From contig CAXXWS020000002.1 of NCBI GenBank assembly GCA_963665325.3, forward strand, positions 928,001-992,000: 64,000 nt of DNA. The letters are read 5' to 3'. The notes below the pieces were generated by a model that saw nothing but the letters and a program-made list of their open reading frames with translations, ran no database searches and had not been told where the DNA came from. This DNA is from Alphaproteobacteria bacterium (GTDB taxonomy: Bacteria; Pseudomonadota; Alphaproteobacteria; Bin95). The stretch's first letter is position 1. Each line of letters opens with the position of its first letter. Shown piece after piece: positions 1 through 9,505 of this stretch. The position numbers and the translations under genes are program-made.

Positions 1-1
1 C

Positions 2-97
2 CAGGGGCTGGTCATCCTGTTCTCCGGCGCGCTCGCCTACATGTTCACGCCCTGGCTGGCGCGCCTGCTCCTGATGCGGAGCGCCGCGCATGGCTGA
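2..97 (+). CDS. C-terminal end of an ABC transporter permease (partial, runs off window)
   Basis: Frame reads [31 protein letters not shown]; hydrophobic; overlaps the start of the next permease. Confidence 0.65.
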   Translation, partial: QGLVILFSGALAYMFTPWLARLLLMRSAAHG

Positions 98-1064
98 GAC
101 ATGGATCGACATTCTCGCAGTCCTCGACGGCACGGCCCGCCTCGCCACGCCGCTCATCCTCTGCGCCATGGCGGGCCTGGTGTCCGAGCGGTCCGGTATC
201 GTGGACATCGGCCTGGAGGGCAAGCTGCTCATGGGCGCCTTCGCCGCGGCGGCGGTGGCGGCGCTGACGGGGTCTCCCTGGGCGGGGCTGGCCGCCTCGC
301 TCGCGGCTTCCGTCTCGCTGGCGCTCGTTCATGGCTTCGCCTGCATCACCCATCGCGGCGAGCAGATCGTCTCCGGGGTCGCCGTGAACATCCTCGCACT
401 CGGCATGACCGTGGTGGTGGCGAACGCGCTCTTTCGCCATGGCGGCCACACGCCTTCGCTCGGCGCGGAGGAGCGGTTTTCGGCCATCTTCCTGCCTTTG
501 TCGGAGACCCTGCGCGAGGTTCCGGTCCTCGGCCCGCTCTATGCGGAGCTGGTGTCCGGCCACAATCTGCTGGTCTATGCGGCCTTCCTCTCCGTCGCGC
601 TGGTCTGGTGGCTGGTCTGGCGCACCCGCTTCGGCCTGCGCCTGCGCGCAGCCGGCGAACTGCCCGAAGCCGTGGACAGCGCCGGCGTTTCGGTGTCGGC
701 GCTGCGCTATCGCGGCATACTGATCGCCGGCCTGCTCTGCGGCCTCGCCGGCGCTTACCTGTCGATCGCCCACGGCGCGGGCTTTGTGCGGGAGATGAGC
801 GCGGGCAAGGGCTTCCTCGCGCTGGCCGCATTGATCTTCGGGCGCTGGAGGCCGCTGCCGGTGCTCTTCGCCTGCCTGCTGTTCGGTCTGTTGGACACCG
901 TCGCGCCGAGGCTCCAGGGCATGGACCTGCCGCTGATCGGCCCCGCCCCCGTGGCGCTGGTCTCGGTGCTGCCCTACGCGATGACGGTCGTGCTGCTCGC
1001 CGGCTTCTTCGGCCGCGCCGTCCCGCCCCGCGCCCTCGGTCGCCCTTTCGTCAAGGAACACTGA
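90..1064 (+). CDS. ABC transporter permease, nucleoside/simple sugar (BPD_transp_2) family
   Basis: Motifs [39 protein letters not shown]; multiple TM segments. Confidence 0.9.
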   Translation: MAETWIDILAVLDGTARLATPLILCAMAGLVSERSGIVDIGLEGKLLMGAFAAAAVAALTGSPWAGLAASLAASVSLALVHGFACITHRGEQIVSGVAVNILALGMTVVVANALFRHGGHTPSLGAEERFSAIFLPLSETLREVPVLGPLYAELVSGHNLLVYAAFLSVALVWWLVWRTRFGLRLRAAGELPEAVDSAGVSVSALRYRGILIAGLLCGLAGAYLSIAHGAGFVREMSAGKGFLALAALIFGRWRPLPVLFACLLFGLLDTVAPRLQGMDLPLIGPAPVALVSVLPYAMTVVLLAGFFGRAVPPRALGRPFVKEH

Positions 1065-1131
1065 CAGCGGCCGCTTCCGGGGCGCGGGCGTGGGCGCTAT
1101 GTTCGGCGCATCGGAGGAGGAGGGGCCGGAC

Positions 1132-2247
1132 ATGCCCGCCAACAAGAAGATGCTCATTCTCGCCGGCGACGGCATCGGCCCGGAGGTCGTGGGGCAGGTG
1201 CGCCGCGTGGTGGACTGGATGGACCGGCGCCGCCATGTCTCCTTCGATATCGCGGAAGGGCTGGTGGGGGGTGCTGCCATCGACGCGCACGGCCTGCCGC
1301 TCACCGACGAGACGCTCGCCGATGCCGTGGCCTCGGACGGCGTGCTGTTCGGCTCGGTCGGCGGCCCGAAATGGGAGACGCTGCCCTTCGACGTCCAGCC
1401 TGAGCGCGGCCTGCTGCGCTTGCGCAAGGAGATGGACCTGTTCGCCAATCTCCGCCCGGCCATCGTGTTCGACGCTCTGGCGGACGCCTCATCGCTCAAG
1501 CGCGAGCTCGTCTCCGGCCTTGACATCATGATCCTGCGCGAGCTGACGGGCGGCATCTATTTCGGCGAGCCGCGCGGTATCGAGGACCTGGGCGGCGGCA
1601 TAAGGCGCGGCATCAACACGCAGGTCTATACGACGCCCGAGGTCGAGCGCGTCGCCAGGGTCGGCTTCGAGCTCGCCCGCAAGCGCTCGAACCGCGTCAT
1701 GTCGGTCGAGAAGGCCAATGTCATGGAGAGCGGCGTGATGTGGCGCGAGGACGTCCAGCGCATCCATGACGACGAGTTCCCCGATGTCGAGCTCGCGCAC
1801 ATGTATGCGGACAACTGCGCCATGCAGCTCGTCCGCAATCCCAAGCAGTTCGATGTCATCGTCACCGACAATCTGTTCGGCGACCTGCTGTCGGACTGCG
1901 CGGCGATGCTGACCGGCTCGCTCGGCATGCTGCCCTCGGCCTCGCTCGGCGCGGAGGATGCCACCACGGGCCGGCGCCTCTCGCTCTATGAGCCCGTGCA
2001 TGGCAGCGCTCCCGACATCGCCGGGCAGGACCGTGCCAACCCGCTCGCCGAACTGCTCTCCTTCTCGATGATGCTGCGCTACAGTTTCGACATGGGCGAG
2101 GACGCGGACCTGGTGGACGGCGCGGTCGAGAACGTGCTTGCCGCGGGCGTGCGCACCGCCGATATCGCGGGAGAGGGCCAGCAGCCTGTCTCCTGCTCCG
2201 CCATGGGCGACGCCGTGCTCGCCGAACTGGACAGGTTGGCGGCGTGA
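1132..2247 (+). CDS. leuB: 3-isopropylmalate dehydrogenase
   Basis: [36 protein letters not shown]; ATG at 1132 after GGAGGAGG. Confidence 0.97.
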   Translation: MPANKKMLILAGDGIGPEVVGQVRRVVDWMDRRRHVSFDIAEGLVGGAAIDAHGLPLTDETLADAVASDGVLFGSVGGPKWETLPFDVQPERGLLRLRKEMDLFANLRPAIVFDALADASSLKRELVSGLDIMILRELTGGIYFGEPRGIEDLGGGIRRGINTQVYTTPEVERVARVGFELARKRSNRVMSVEKANVMESGVMWREDVQRIHDDEFPDVELAHMYADNCAMQLVRNPKQFDVIVTDNLFGDLLSDCAAMLTGSLGMLPSASLGAEDATTGRRLSLYEPVHGSAPDIAGQDRANPLAELLSFSMMLRYSFDMGEDADLVDGAVENVLAAGVRTADIAGEGQQPVSCSAMGDAVLAELDRLAA

Positions 2248-2789
2248 GTCGTCCCTGGGTAGAAAGGCGCGAACGCCTGCTGCGCGGCTCGCTGGGGCGT
2301 GTGGGTCGGCCGAAACGCCTGCCGGACTGGTGGCCCCGGGCCAGGGCGCTGCTGCAGCAGGGCCATTCCCTGAAGTCGGTCGGCGAGACGGTGGGTGTCT
2401 CCCGCCAAAGGGTCCAGCAGATAGCCAGCAAGGCCGAGGGCATGGGGGAGACTACCGGGCGGCGGCGGCACAACCCCCCCGCGCCGAGGCCTTGCGCCCA
2501 ATGCGGGACCCTGTTCCGGCCTCACGGCGAGAAGGCCGCCTATTGTTCCCGGCAATGCGCCGGCCGGGCCCGGGGCGAAAGGGCCCTCTCCGATGAAACG
2601 GTCCGGCGCGCATTCGACCTGCGCTGCGCCGGAAAGTCGTTCTGGGAAATCGCCGACATCCTGAGCATCCTGCCGGACCGGCCGCGACAGGCCCGCCAGA
2701 CCCGGGCACGGCACTATGTCCTCGCATGGACCCGGCGGGCAGGCCTCGACATGCCCGAAGCACCGGCCAAGCGCGGTTCATCCCGGTAG
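2244..2789 (+). CDS. Hypothetical protein with HTH, C4 zinc finger and second HTH-like segment
   Basis: GTGA overlap with the leuB stop; [19 protein letters not shown] (sigma70-r4-like HTH); CAQC...YCSRQC; [10 protein letters not shown]. Confidence 0.6.
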   Translation: MSRPWVERRERLLRGSLGRVGRPKRLPDWWPRARALLQQGHSLKSVGETVGVSRQRVQQIASKAEGMGETTGRRRHNPPAPRPCAQCGTLFRPHGEKAAYCSRQCAGRARGERALSDETVRRAFDLRCAGKSFWEIADILSILPDRPRQARQTRARHYVLAWTRRAGLDMPEAPAKRGSSR

Positions 2790-3062
2790 CCGGCCGGGCG
2801 ACGATTGAGGCTTTGCGGACGAGCCCGTTTCGACCCGAATGGATCGTTCCTACCCGAACCCTGTCAATCGGCTTTCAATAATGACCCCCTATCGGCGTGC
2901 AAAATTGACCCCCTGAGAGGCACGGTGGAGGTTGTCCCGGTAGTCAATAGGGGGGACCCGCGCGGCTTCGTGTAGCGTCTCACGCTACGCGGAGCGAAGC
3001 CGCGTGGGGGGTCCCTGTTGACCCACCGGGGCAACCGGGCCGCAGGGGAGGCCGGCGGCGGG

Positions 3063-3791
3063 TCAGGAGCGGTTCTTGAAGCGCCAGCTCTCGTTGCCGG
3101 TCTCGATGATCTCGCAATGGTGGGTGAGACGATCGAGCAACGCCGTGGTCATCTTGGGATCGCCGAAGACGGACGGCCACTCGCCGAAGGCGAGGTTGGT
3201 GGTGATGACGATCGAGGTTCGCTCGTAGAGCCGGCTCATGAGGTGGAAGAGGAGCTGTCCGCCGGCTTGGGCGAAGGGCAGGTAGCCGAGTTCGTCGAGG
3301 ATGACGAAGTCGCGTCGGACGAGCTGGTCTGCGGTGCGGCCCTGGCGCCCGGCACGGAGTTCGGCCTCGAGGTGGTTCACCAGGTCGACGACGTTGTAGC
3401 AGCGGCCACGGGCGCCCTTGCGGATGCAGGAGCGCGCGACGGCGACGGCGAGATGGGTCTTGCCGGTGCCGGTGCCGCCGACCAGGACGATGTTGCGCTG
3501 GCCCTCGAGGAAGCCGCCGCCGGCGAGCTCCTGGATCAGGGGCTCGTTGACCGGCGAGCCGGCGAAGTCGAAGTCGGCCAGTTCCTTGGCCGTGGGCAGC
3601 TTGGCGGACGCCATCTGGTACTTGATCGAGCGTGCCCTCTTGTCGGCGATCTCGACCTGCAGCAGCGTACCGATGATCTGCTGCACCGGATGACGGCGCT
3701 TGAGCCCGTCGGCGAGGATGTCGTCATAGGCGGCTCGCATGCCTGCGAGCTTCAGCTGGGTCATCATCTCCAGCACATCATGACGCTCCAT
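3063..3791 (-). CDS. istB: IS21 helper ATPase IstB
   Basis: Walker [25 protein letters not shown]. Confidence 0.96.
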   Translation of the reverse strand: MERHDVLEMMTQLKLAGMRAAYDDILADGLKRRHPVQQIIGTLLQVEIADKRARSIKYQMASAKLPTAKELADFDFAGSPVNEPLIQELAGGGFLEGQRNIVLVGGTGTGKTHLAVAVARSCIRKGARGRCYNVVDLVNHLEAELRAGRQGRTADQLVRRDFVILDELGYLPFAQAGGQLLFHLMSRLYERTSIVITTNLAFGEWPSVFGDPKMTTALLDRLTHHCEIIETGNESWRFKNRS

Positions 3792-5292
3792 GACCGGCCT
3801 CCCTCAGGCTGTCGTAGCGCTGACAGTCGGCCACCGGCTGGTGGCGGAGCTTCAGGCCCTCGGGCGTCGGGATGATTGCCGGCGGTGCCGGCTGGCGCTG
3901 CCGGGCGAGGATGTTGAGCACGACGTCGGCGCTGCAGGCGCCGCAGGCGAGCGCCTCGGCGCAGGCCGCCTCGACCGCCTCCAGCCCGTCCTCCAGCACC
4001 GCCGCGAGGATCTTGACGAACTGCCGGTCGCCGTCGTCGTGGCCGGCGAGCCGGGTTCGCAGGCGGCCCAGCGCGTTGGGCAACTGCCAGTCCTTGAAGG
4101 GTGCGCCGTTCCTCAGTGCGCCGGGCTTCCTCGTCAGGATCGGCACGTAATGCCACGGATCGTAGACGAACCGACCGCGCCCGAAGCTCCGGGGATGCTC
4201 GGCGACGATCTCGCCGTCCTGGCGGATGACGATCCGCTCGGCATAGGCCCGCACGTCCACCGGCCGTCCCACCGCGCGGGCAGAGACGCTGTACTGGTTG
4301 TTGTCGAAGCGCACCAGGCAGGTCTTCGAGACTGACACCTCGCTGGCATGGAAGCCGTCGAAGGGACCGCGGTATGCCATCAGGAAGGGCCGCTCCTCCT
4401 CGAATACCTGCCACACCGTCTTGCCCTCGATCGTCGGATGCGGCTGCTTCCTGGCCTCCTCGATGCACCGATCCATCAGCCACTCGTTGATCTCGGTGTA
4501 GGAGCGGCCCCGCGGGCTGCGCGCGAACAGACGCCCGCGAAGGTCTCCCACCTGCTTCTCAACCTGCCCCTTCTCCCAGCCCGCCCCTGGCGTGCACGCC
4601 ACTGGCTCCACCAGATGGTGCGAGCACATCTCCTGGAAGCGGCGGTTGTAGGCACGCTCCTTGCCGACGAAGATCGTGTTCACCGCCGTCTTCATGTTGT
4701 CGTAGATGCCCCGTCGGCAGACCCCGCCGAAGAAGCGGAAGGCACGCTCGTGCGCCTCAAAGACCATCTCCTGGCTCTCGCGGGGAAAGATCTGCACCAG
4801 ATACATGCGGCTGTGGCACAGCCGCATGTGCGCCGCCTTCACCTTGGTCGTCGCTCCCGCCAGACGCGCATACTCGTGGCTCCAGTCGAACTGGTAGGCC
4901 TCGCCCGGATCGAAGATCAGCGGCACATAGGCCTGCGACGGCGATAACAGACGGCGTCGGCGCCGCCACGCCCTGGCGTAGCGCCGGACCGCGTCATAGC
5001 CGCCCTTGTAGCCCAGCTCGCCAAGGTCCTCATGGATCTGCAGCAGGGACAGGCGATCCCGGCGCTTCTTCTTCTCGTTGGCCTCCAGCTGGCGCTCAAG
5101 CTCTGCCACCCAAGGCCCAAGCTTCGGCATCGGCTGGATCTTGCGCTCATAGCTGTGCGAGGTCGTATCGCCCCGAACCACCTTGCGTATCGTGTTCTTC
5201 GAAACCCTCAAATCCCGCGCCAGCTTCTTGATCGGAACGCCCTTCACCAGATGATCCCGACGGATCCGCGCTATCGTCTCCACAACCAGCAT
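3778..5292 (-). CDS. istA: IS21 transposase IstA
   Basis: N-terminal [23 protein letters not shown] (DDE); start taken at MLVVETIAR. Confidence 0.95.
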   Translation of the reverse strand: MLVVETIARIRRDHLVKGVPIKKLARDLRVSKNTIRKVVRGDTTSHSYERKIQPMPKLGPWVAELERQLEANEKKKRRDRLSLLQIHEDLGELGYKGGYDAVRRYARAWRRRRRLLSPSQAYVPLIFDPGEAYQFDWSHEYARLAGATTKVKAAHMRLCHSRMYLVQIFPRESQEMVFEAHERAFRFFGGVCRRGIYDNMKTAVNTIFVGKERAYNRRFQEMCSHHLVEPVACTPGAGWEKGQVEKQVGDLRGRLFARSPRGRSYTEINEWLMDRCIEEARKQPHPTIEGKTVWQVFEEERPFLMAYRGPFDGFHASEVSVSKTCLVRFDNNQYSVSARAVGRPVDVRAYAERIVIRQDGEIVAEHPRSFGRGRFVYDPWHYVPILTRKPGALRNGAPFKDWQLPNALGRLRTRLAGHDDGDRQFVKILAAVLEDGLEAVEAACAEALACGACSADVVLNILARQRQPAPPAIIPTPEGLKLRHQPVADCQRYDSLREAGHGAS

Positions 5293-5464
5293 CTCCCCCA
5301 CCCCGTCCGTCCAACGACAGGGCGTGTTCATGGACACAATCCATGGGGGGTCAATTTTGGACGCCGATAACCCCCAACAGGGGGTCAATCTTCCACGCTT
5401 AACAACACGAACCCCTCTGTCGCGGGCCAACGGACCGGCAGGATCGGGCAAGGTCGACCGGGAC

Positions 5465-5857
5465 TCAAAGAAGCTCGATTTCCGCGCCGTGGCCGGCGGC
5501 GCCCGCGAGCCGCCGATCGCGCGTGACCAGCGGCGCGTCCAGCGCTTCGGCAAGGGCGACATAGACGGCGTCATAGGCCGTGAAATTGTGCCGCAAATCC
5601 CATACCCGAGGCAGCAGAATGTCATGCGGATACCGCCGGATGGGCATGTCGGCGAGGTCCGCCACGGCCTCGCGACCGCGCCGGTCGTCGATCTCTCCCG
5701 CCAGGACGTATCGGCGAAGAACATGGGCGGTTTCGACATCGATGAGATGCGGCGCGGCGACGGAGTCGCCCGAATCGAAGAGCCGCGCCGCGACGGCTCC
5801 GGCGGCGTCCGAGGGCAGAAGCAGTTCGATTAGGGCGGAGGCGTCGACGACGATCAC
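5465..5857 (-). CDS. vapC: PIN-domain toxin, VapC family
   Basis: GTG start overlapping the antitoxin stop; IVVDASAL, YDAVYVALAE, LVTRD acidic PIN residues. Confidence 0.92.
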   Translation of the reverse strand: MIVVDASALIELLLPSDAAGAVAARLFDSGDSVAAPHLIDVETAHVLRRYVLAGEIDDRRGREAVADLADMPIRRYPHDILLPRVWDLRHNFTAYDAVYVALAEALDAPLVTRDRRLAGAAGHGAEIELL

Positions 5858-6084
5858 CGGTTGTCGCGTTCCCGGCGGACCGCCTCGGCGGGCGGCACCG
5901 AGGGCGACACGCTCGCGCGGCTTGCAATGCGCCTGCGCAACTCGTCGACGGTCGGCCGCGCTGCAACCTCGCGAATCTCGGCGAGCAGGAAGTCGGAGAG
6001 AGACATGCCGGCCAGCGCGGCCCGCGCCTTGAGCGTGCGGTGCAGCGTTTCGGGGACGTTGCGAATCTGGATCATGGTGGGCAT
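5854..6084 (-). CDS. RHH antitoxin, FitA/VapB-like
   Basis: 76 aa; IQIRNVPETLHRTLKARAA..SLSDFL ribbon-helix-helix signature; directly upstream of the PIN gene. Confidence 0.88.
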   Translation of the reverse strand: MPTMIQIRNVPETLHRTLKARAALAGMSLSDFLLAEIREVAARPTVDELRRRIASRASVSPSVPPAEAVRRERDNR

Positions 6085-6119
6085 GTGAAAAACATGCTTT
6101 CATCATATTTGAATGTCAA
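6081..6119 (-). promoter_or_regulatory. vapBC promoter with operator palindrome
   Basis: TTGACA (6119-6114), 17 nt, CATGTT, 6 nt, ATG; inverted repeat GCATGT-N5-ACATGC (6081-6097) covers the -10 and start codon. Confidence 0.6.
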
Positions 6120-6207
6120 GGGGACGAGAACGACTTTGTGCTTGACCGGGCGAGCGCAACCGGTGGATTTCTGGTCGGCATGGCTACCGCGATAGCCGAG
6201 CCCCGAA

Positions 6208-7476
6208 TTGACTAGCTCGGACAAGCCCGAACCGGGAACCGGGCGGCGGCTCTTCGCCGTCGCAGTGCTCCTTGTCTCCACCTACCTGGTGATGGTGGCC
6301 AGCGGCGGCATGTATCTGCTGGTGGTGAGCCTCAAGCAGATCGCGGGCGATTTCGACTGGCCGCGGGCCGTGCCGTCTCTCGCCTACGGGCTTTTCTTCG
6401 CCGGCACCGGGCTCGGCGGCATAGTCATGGGCTACTGGTTCGACCGCTCGGGCGCGGGGCCGGTGACCCTGTTCGGCATGACCATGATGGGCGGCGGCGC
6501 GGTGCTCGCCAGCGGGATCGACTCCGAGTGGCAGCTTTACCTCGTCTATGGCGCCATGATGGGACTGCTCGGTTACGCATCCGTTTACGGCCCGCTGTCC
6601 ATCAACATCATGCGCTGGTTCGAGCGCCGGCGCGGCCTGGCCGTTGGCATTGTTACGGCCGGGGAGAGTATCGGCGGCACGATCTGGCCGCCCGTGTTCC
6701 GGCACTTCAACGAAACGGTCGGCTGGCGGGAGACGTTCCTCTGGTTCGGCGTCTTCTTCCTGGTCACCGCGCTGCCGCTCAGCGCCGTGCTTTGGCGCAG
6801 GATGCCGGCGCGGGACGGGGTAGGCCCCACCGTCGATTCGCAGGCCGGAGAGCCTGCGGGCCGTCAGCGGGCAACCGGCCTGTCGATAGTCGCGACCCAG
6901 GGTGCGGTCTGTCTCGCAATCGTCGGATGCTGCGTTTCGATGGCGATGCCGGTCGCACACCTCATCGCGCATGCAAGCGACCTCGGGCACGCGACGGCGC
7001 GCGCGGCGGAGATGCTGGCGACCGCATTGCTGGCCGCCACGGTCGTGCGCTTCGTGGGCGGCGCCCTCATTGTGGACCGGTTCGGCGGCCTCGTTGCGCT
7101 GCTGGCGTTCTCCGGCCTGCAGACGGCGGCGTTGCTGTTCTACGCGGCTGTGGACGGCATGGTCGCGCTTTACGCCGTCTCGGCCCTGTTCGGGATCGGA
7201 TACGGGGGTATCAGCATCTGCTACCCGGTGATCGTCCGTGAGCTTCTGCCGCCGGCGGAAGCGGGCCGGCGGCTCGGCGTGATCCTGCTGTTCGGCACTT
7301 TCGGCATGGGGTTCGGCGGGTGGCTCGCCGGATACATCTTCGACTGGACCGGCAGCTATACGCCTGCATTCCTGGTGGGAGCCGCCTTCAACGCCGCCAA
7401 CCTGGTCGTCGTCCTCGGCCTCATCTACCGCACGCGGGCCGGCGGCGGGGCGTCGATTCGGCCGTCGCCAGCGTGA
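6208..7476 (+). CDS. MFS transporter
   Basis: About 12 TM helices; GYWFDRSG and VDRFGG MFS loop motifs; start uncertain (TTG). Confidence 0.9.
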   Translation: MTSSDKPEPGTGRRLFAVAVLLVSTYLVMVASGGMYLLVVSLKQIAGDFDWPRAVPSLAYGLFFAGTGLGGIVMGYWFDRSGAGPVTLFGMTMMGGGAVLASGIDSEWQLYLVYGAMMGLLGYASVYGPLSINIMRWFERRRGLAVGIVTAGESIGGTIWPPVFRHFNETVGWRETFLWFGVFFLVTALPLSAVLWRRMPARDGVGPTVDSQAGEPAGRQRATGLSIVATQGAVCLAIVGCCVSMAMPVAHLIAHASDLGHATARAAEMLATALLAATVVRFVGGALIVDRFGGLVALLAFSGLQTAALLFYAAVDGMVALYAVSALFGIGYGGISICYPVIVRELLPPAEAGRRLGVILLFGTFGMGFGGWLAGYIFDWTGSYTPAFLVGAAFNAANLVVVLGLIYRTRAGGGASIRPSPA

Positions 7477-7536
7477 GCGGCCGACCGGGGGTTTCGGCAG
7501 CCGATTTGCAATCTGGCAAAATTTTCCTTCCAGGGG

Positions 7537-7567
7537 GCTTGACCACAAAATATCTATGGTAGAATGG
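7537..7567 (+). promoter_or_regulatory. Sigma70-like promoter of repeat module copy A
   Basis: GCTTGAC-N16-TAGAATGG with AT-rich upstream DNA; the same motif occurs at 25135-25105 on the minus strand; spacer is shorter than canonical. Confidence 0.5.
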
Positions 7568-7614
7568 ATTCGAGGGAAGAGGCATCCGCGCGGACCGCTT
7601 CCCTTCGCCCGGCC

Positions 7615-7755
7615 CGGCCGGACAGACCCCGATTCAGCAGACAGGTGAAGTGTGCCCTGCGTCCGGCTCGCGCGCGCAATCAGGCGCGCGAACCGCGCCG
7701 GCGCAAAGGCGCGCCCCCGCGCGCGCACGATACGCGCGAAAAAGGGGGGCGTCCG
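7615..7755 (+). repeat. GC-rich structured non-coding repeat, copy A (candidate ncRNA or element end)
   Basis: Aligns by eye to the reverse complement of about 24880-25040; shared core GCAATCAGGCGCGCGA.CCGCGCCG.CGC and CGCGC.CAC..TACGCGCGAAA.AGGG. Confidence 0.7.
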
Positions 7756-7915
7756 GAACAGGCAGCAGAGTGAACGAAACAAAAACTGGAGAGACCGATG
7801 AGAAGCATGATGACTCCGTGCGCCGCCGGGCTGCACGCAGCCTGTCGGCAAGCCGCCGGCAGGGAGACGGTTGCGGTTGCCCGCCGCGAGCCGCATCGTG
7901 CTGCCGGGAGGAAGC

Positions 7916-8512
7916 ATGGGGACCATGGACCCGGACCTGACCCTTATCGAGCGGGACCGTTCCTGCCTCGTGGTCATCGACGTGCAGCAGCATTTCCTCG
8001 ACAAGCTGCCGCCCGGCTGGCGCGTCCCGCTGGTAGAGCGCATCGCCTGGCTGATGCGGGCGGCGCGCGCGCTTGATATTCCGGTCGTCGCCACCGCCGA
8101 GGACATGGAGCGCCTCGGGCCGCTGGTGCCGGAGCTTGCCCGCTGCCTTCCCCCGGATGCGCCGCCGGTCTTCGACAAGACGGTCTTCGGAGCGTGGGGC
8201 CAGTCGGATATTCGCGCCGCGCTGGAGGGATCGGGGCGGGACAGCTTCGTGCTGGCCGGGTTGGAGACCGACGTATGCGTGGCCCAGTCTGCCCTCGGGC
8301 TCAGGGCGGGCGGTTGTCGGGTGGCGGTGGTGGCCGACGCCTGCGGCTCACCGCCGCCGAACCACGAATACGGGCTCCGGCGCCTGGGCAATACCGGGAT
8401 CGTGCTCACCACCGTCAAGGGCGTGTTCTACGAGTGGGCGCGGGACGTGGAGGCCGCTTCCCGGGTGCGCGCGGAACTGGGCGGCCCCGGCCCGCCGGGC
8501 GTCATCCTGTAG
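7916..8512 (+). CDS. Isochorismatase/YcaC-like cysteine hydrolase
   Basis: LVVIDVQ, DKTVF, GLETDVCVAQSAL, VVADAC; GGAGG upstream of the ATG. Confidence 0.9.
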   Translation: MGTMDPDLTLIERDRSCLVVIDVQQHFLDKLPPGWRVPLVERIAWLMRAARALDIPVVATAEDMERLGPLVPELARCLPPDAPPVFDKTVFGAWGQSDIRAALEGSGRDSFVLAGLETDVCVAQSALGLRAGGCRVAVVADACGSPPPNHEYGLRRLGNTGIVLTTVKGVFYEWARDVEAASRVRAELGGPGPPGVIL

Positions 8513-8554
8513 GCGCGTCATGCCCGGCGAACGGCGCTGCGGCGCAAGGCGCCT

Positions 8555-8581
8555 CATGACAAAACATGACATTTCATGACA
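8555..8581 (+). repeat. CATGAC array, 3 copies at 10-bp period (copy A)
   Basis: CATGACAAAA CATGACATTT CATGACA. Confidence 0.85.
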
Positions 8582-8655
8582 TCCCGGTGGAGTGGGCCCA
8601 CTCCGGCCGGGGGGGGGTAGTGGCGGTACTGCCGCACCGCCTCCGCAAATCCGGG

Positions 8656-9456
8656 TTAGACCGGCTCCAGCGGCGGCGGGGGCGGCGGATCGGCGAAGAG
8701 GGCCTGCGCGCCCACAATGTCGAGGTCCCGGCCCGGCGACCGGGCTATCGTGGCATGCACGGTCCCGGCCGCCAGCGCCATGGCATCCGCCCAGCCGTTC
8801 CGCCACCGGGCCGCGAAGAGCGACGTGAACAGGTCGCCTGCCCCGTAGCCCGGATGCGCCAGGTGCGGCACTGCGGCCTGCAGTGCCTTGCCCTCCGACA
8901 CGCCGACGCAGGCGATGCGCCCCTCATTCGCCGGCACGCTCGTCGCCACGACGAGGGACGGCCCGAGCGTTGCGGCAATCCCGGCGGCGCTCCCCGGCCC
9001 TTCCACTTCACGGGCCCCGAGCAAGGAAAGTTCGAACCGGTTGGGCGTTGCGGCTACGGCCCTTGGCAGGAGTTCCCGCCGGATCGCATCGGGCAGGTCG
9101 GGGGCCACAAACAGCCCGCCCGGGTCGTCGCCCATCACCGGGTCGAGCAGGTACGGGGCGCCCACCCGGTCCACCGTTCGCGCCACTGCCTCGGCGTTGG
9201 CGGCCGAGCCCAGATAGCCGGAGACCACGAGGTCGATGTCCTTCAGGAAGCCGCGTTCTTCCAGGCCGCTGACGATGGCGTCGATGCTCTGCGCCGGATG
9301 CACCTCGCCCCGGAAGCCGCCATGGGCCGGGTGGTTCGAATAGGCAACGGTGTCGATGCAGGTCACAGCATGGCCGAGGCGCTGGAGCACGAAGACGGCC
9401 GTGCGGTTGCCTACGAAGCCCCGCGCCACCGAGGACTGGATGGATAGAATGTGCAT
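8656..9456 (-). CDS. pdxY: Pyridoxal kinase (PdxK/PdxY)
   Basis: ILSIQSSVARGFVGN, SGYLGS, LDPVMGD, TPNRFEL, GAGDLF. Confidence 0.9.
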   Translation of the reverse strand: MHILSIQSSVARGFVGNRTAVFVLQRLGHAVTCIDTVAYSNHPAHGGFRGEVHPAQSIDAIVSGLEERGFLKDIDLVVSGYLGSAANAEAVARTVDRVGAPYLLDPVMGDDPGGLFVAPDLPDAIRRELLPRAVAATPNRFELSLLGAREVEGPGSAAGIAATLGPSLVVATSVPANEGRIACVGVSEGKALQAAVPHLAHPGYGAGDLFTSLFAARWRNGWADAMALAAGTVHATIARSPGRDLDIVGAQALFADPPPPPPLEPV

Positions 9457-9505
9457 GATGACCGCCCCATTGCCGACGACTCGCCCGCACAAGGAATCCG
9501 CCTTC

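Larger units (their letters stand above)
2862..5407 (-). mobile_element. IS21-family insertion sequence (2546 bp), complete
   Basis: Ends TGTCAATCGG..TGACCCCCT and (reverse complement) TGTTGTTAAG..TGACCCCCT with internal AAAATTGACCCCC repeats; 7-bp target duplication CGAACCC at 2855-2861 and 5408-5414; carries istA and istB. Confidence 0.95.

Noticed and set aside
5293-5739. N-terminal extension of IstA in the 653-aa ORF call
   Set aside because: Extends past the IS end into vapC; the real start is at 5292
5465-6106. 213-aa antitoxin-toxin fusion ORF
   Set aside because: The upstream part is an off-frame read of the antitoxin; VapC starts at GTG 5857
7798-8076. Small ORF after repeat copy A with GGAGAG RBS
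   Set aside because: Overlaps the isochorismatase out of frame and has no similarity to the copy B ORF; at most a remnant
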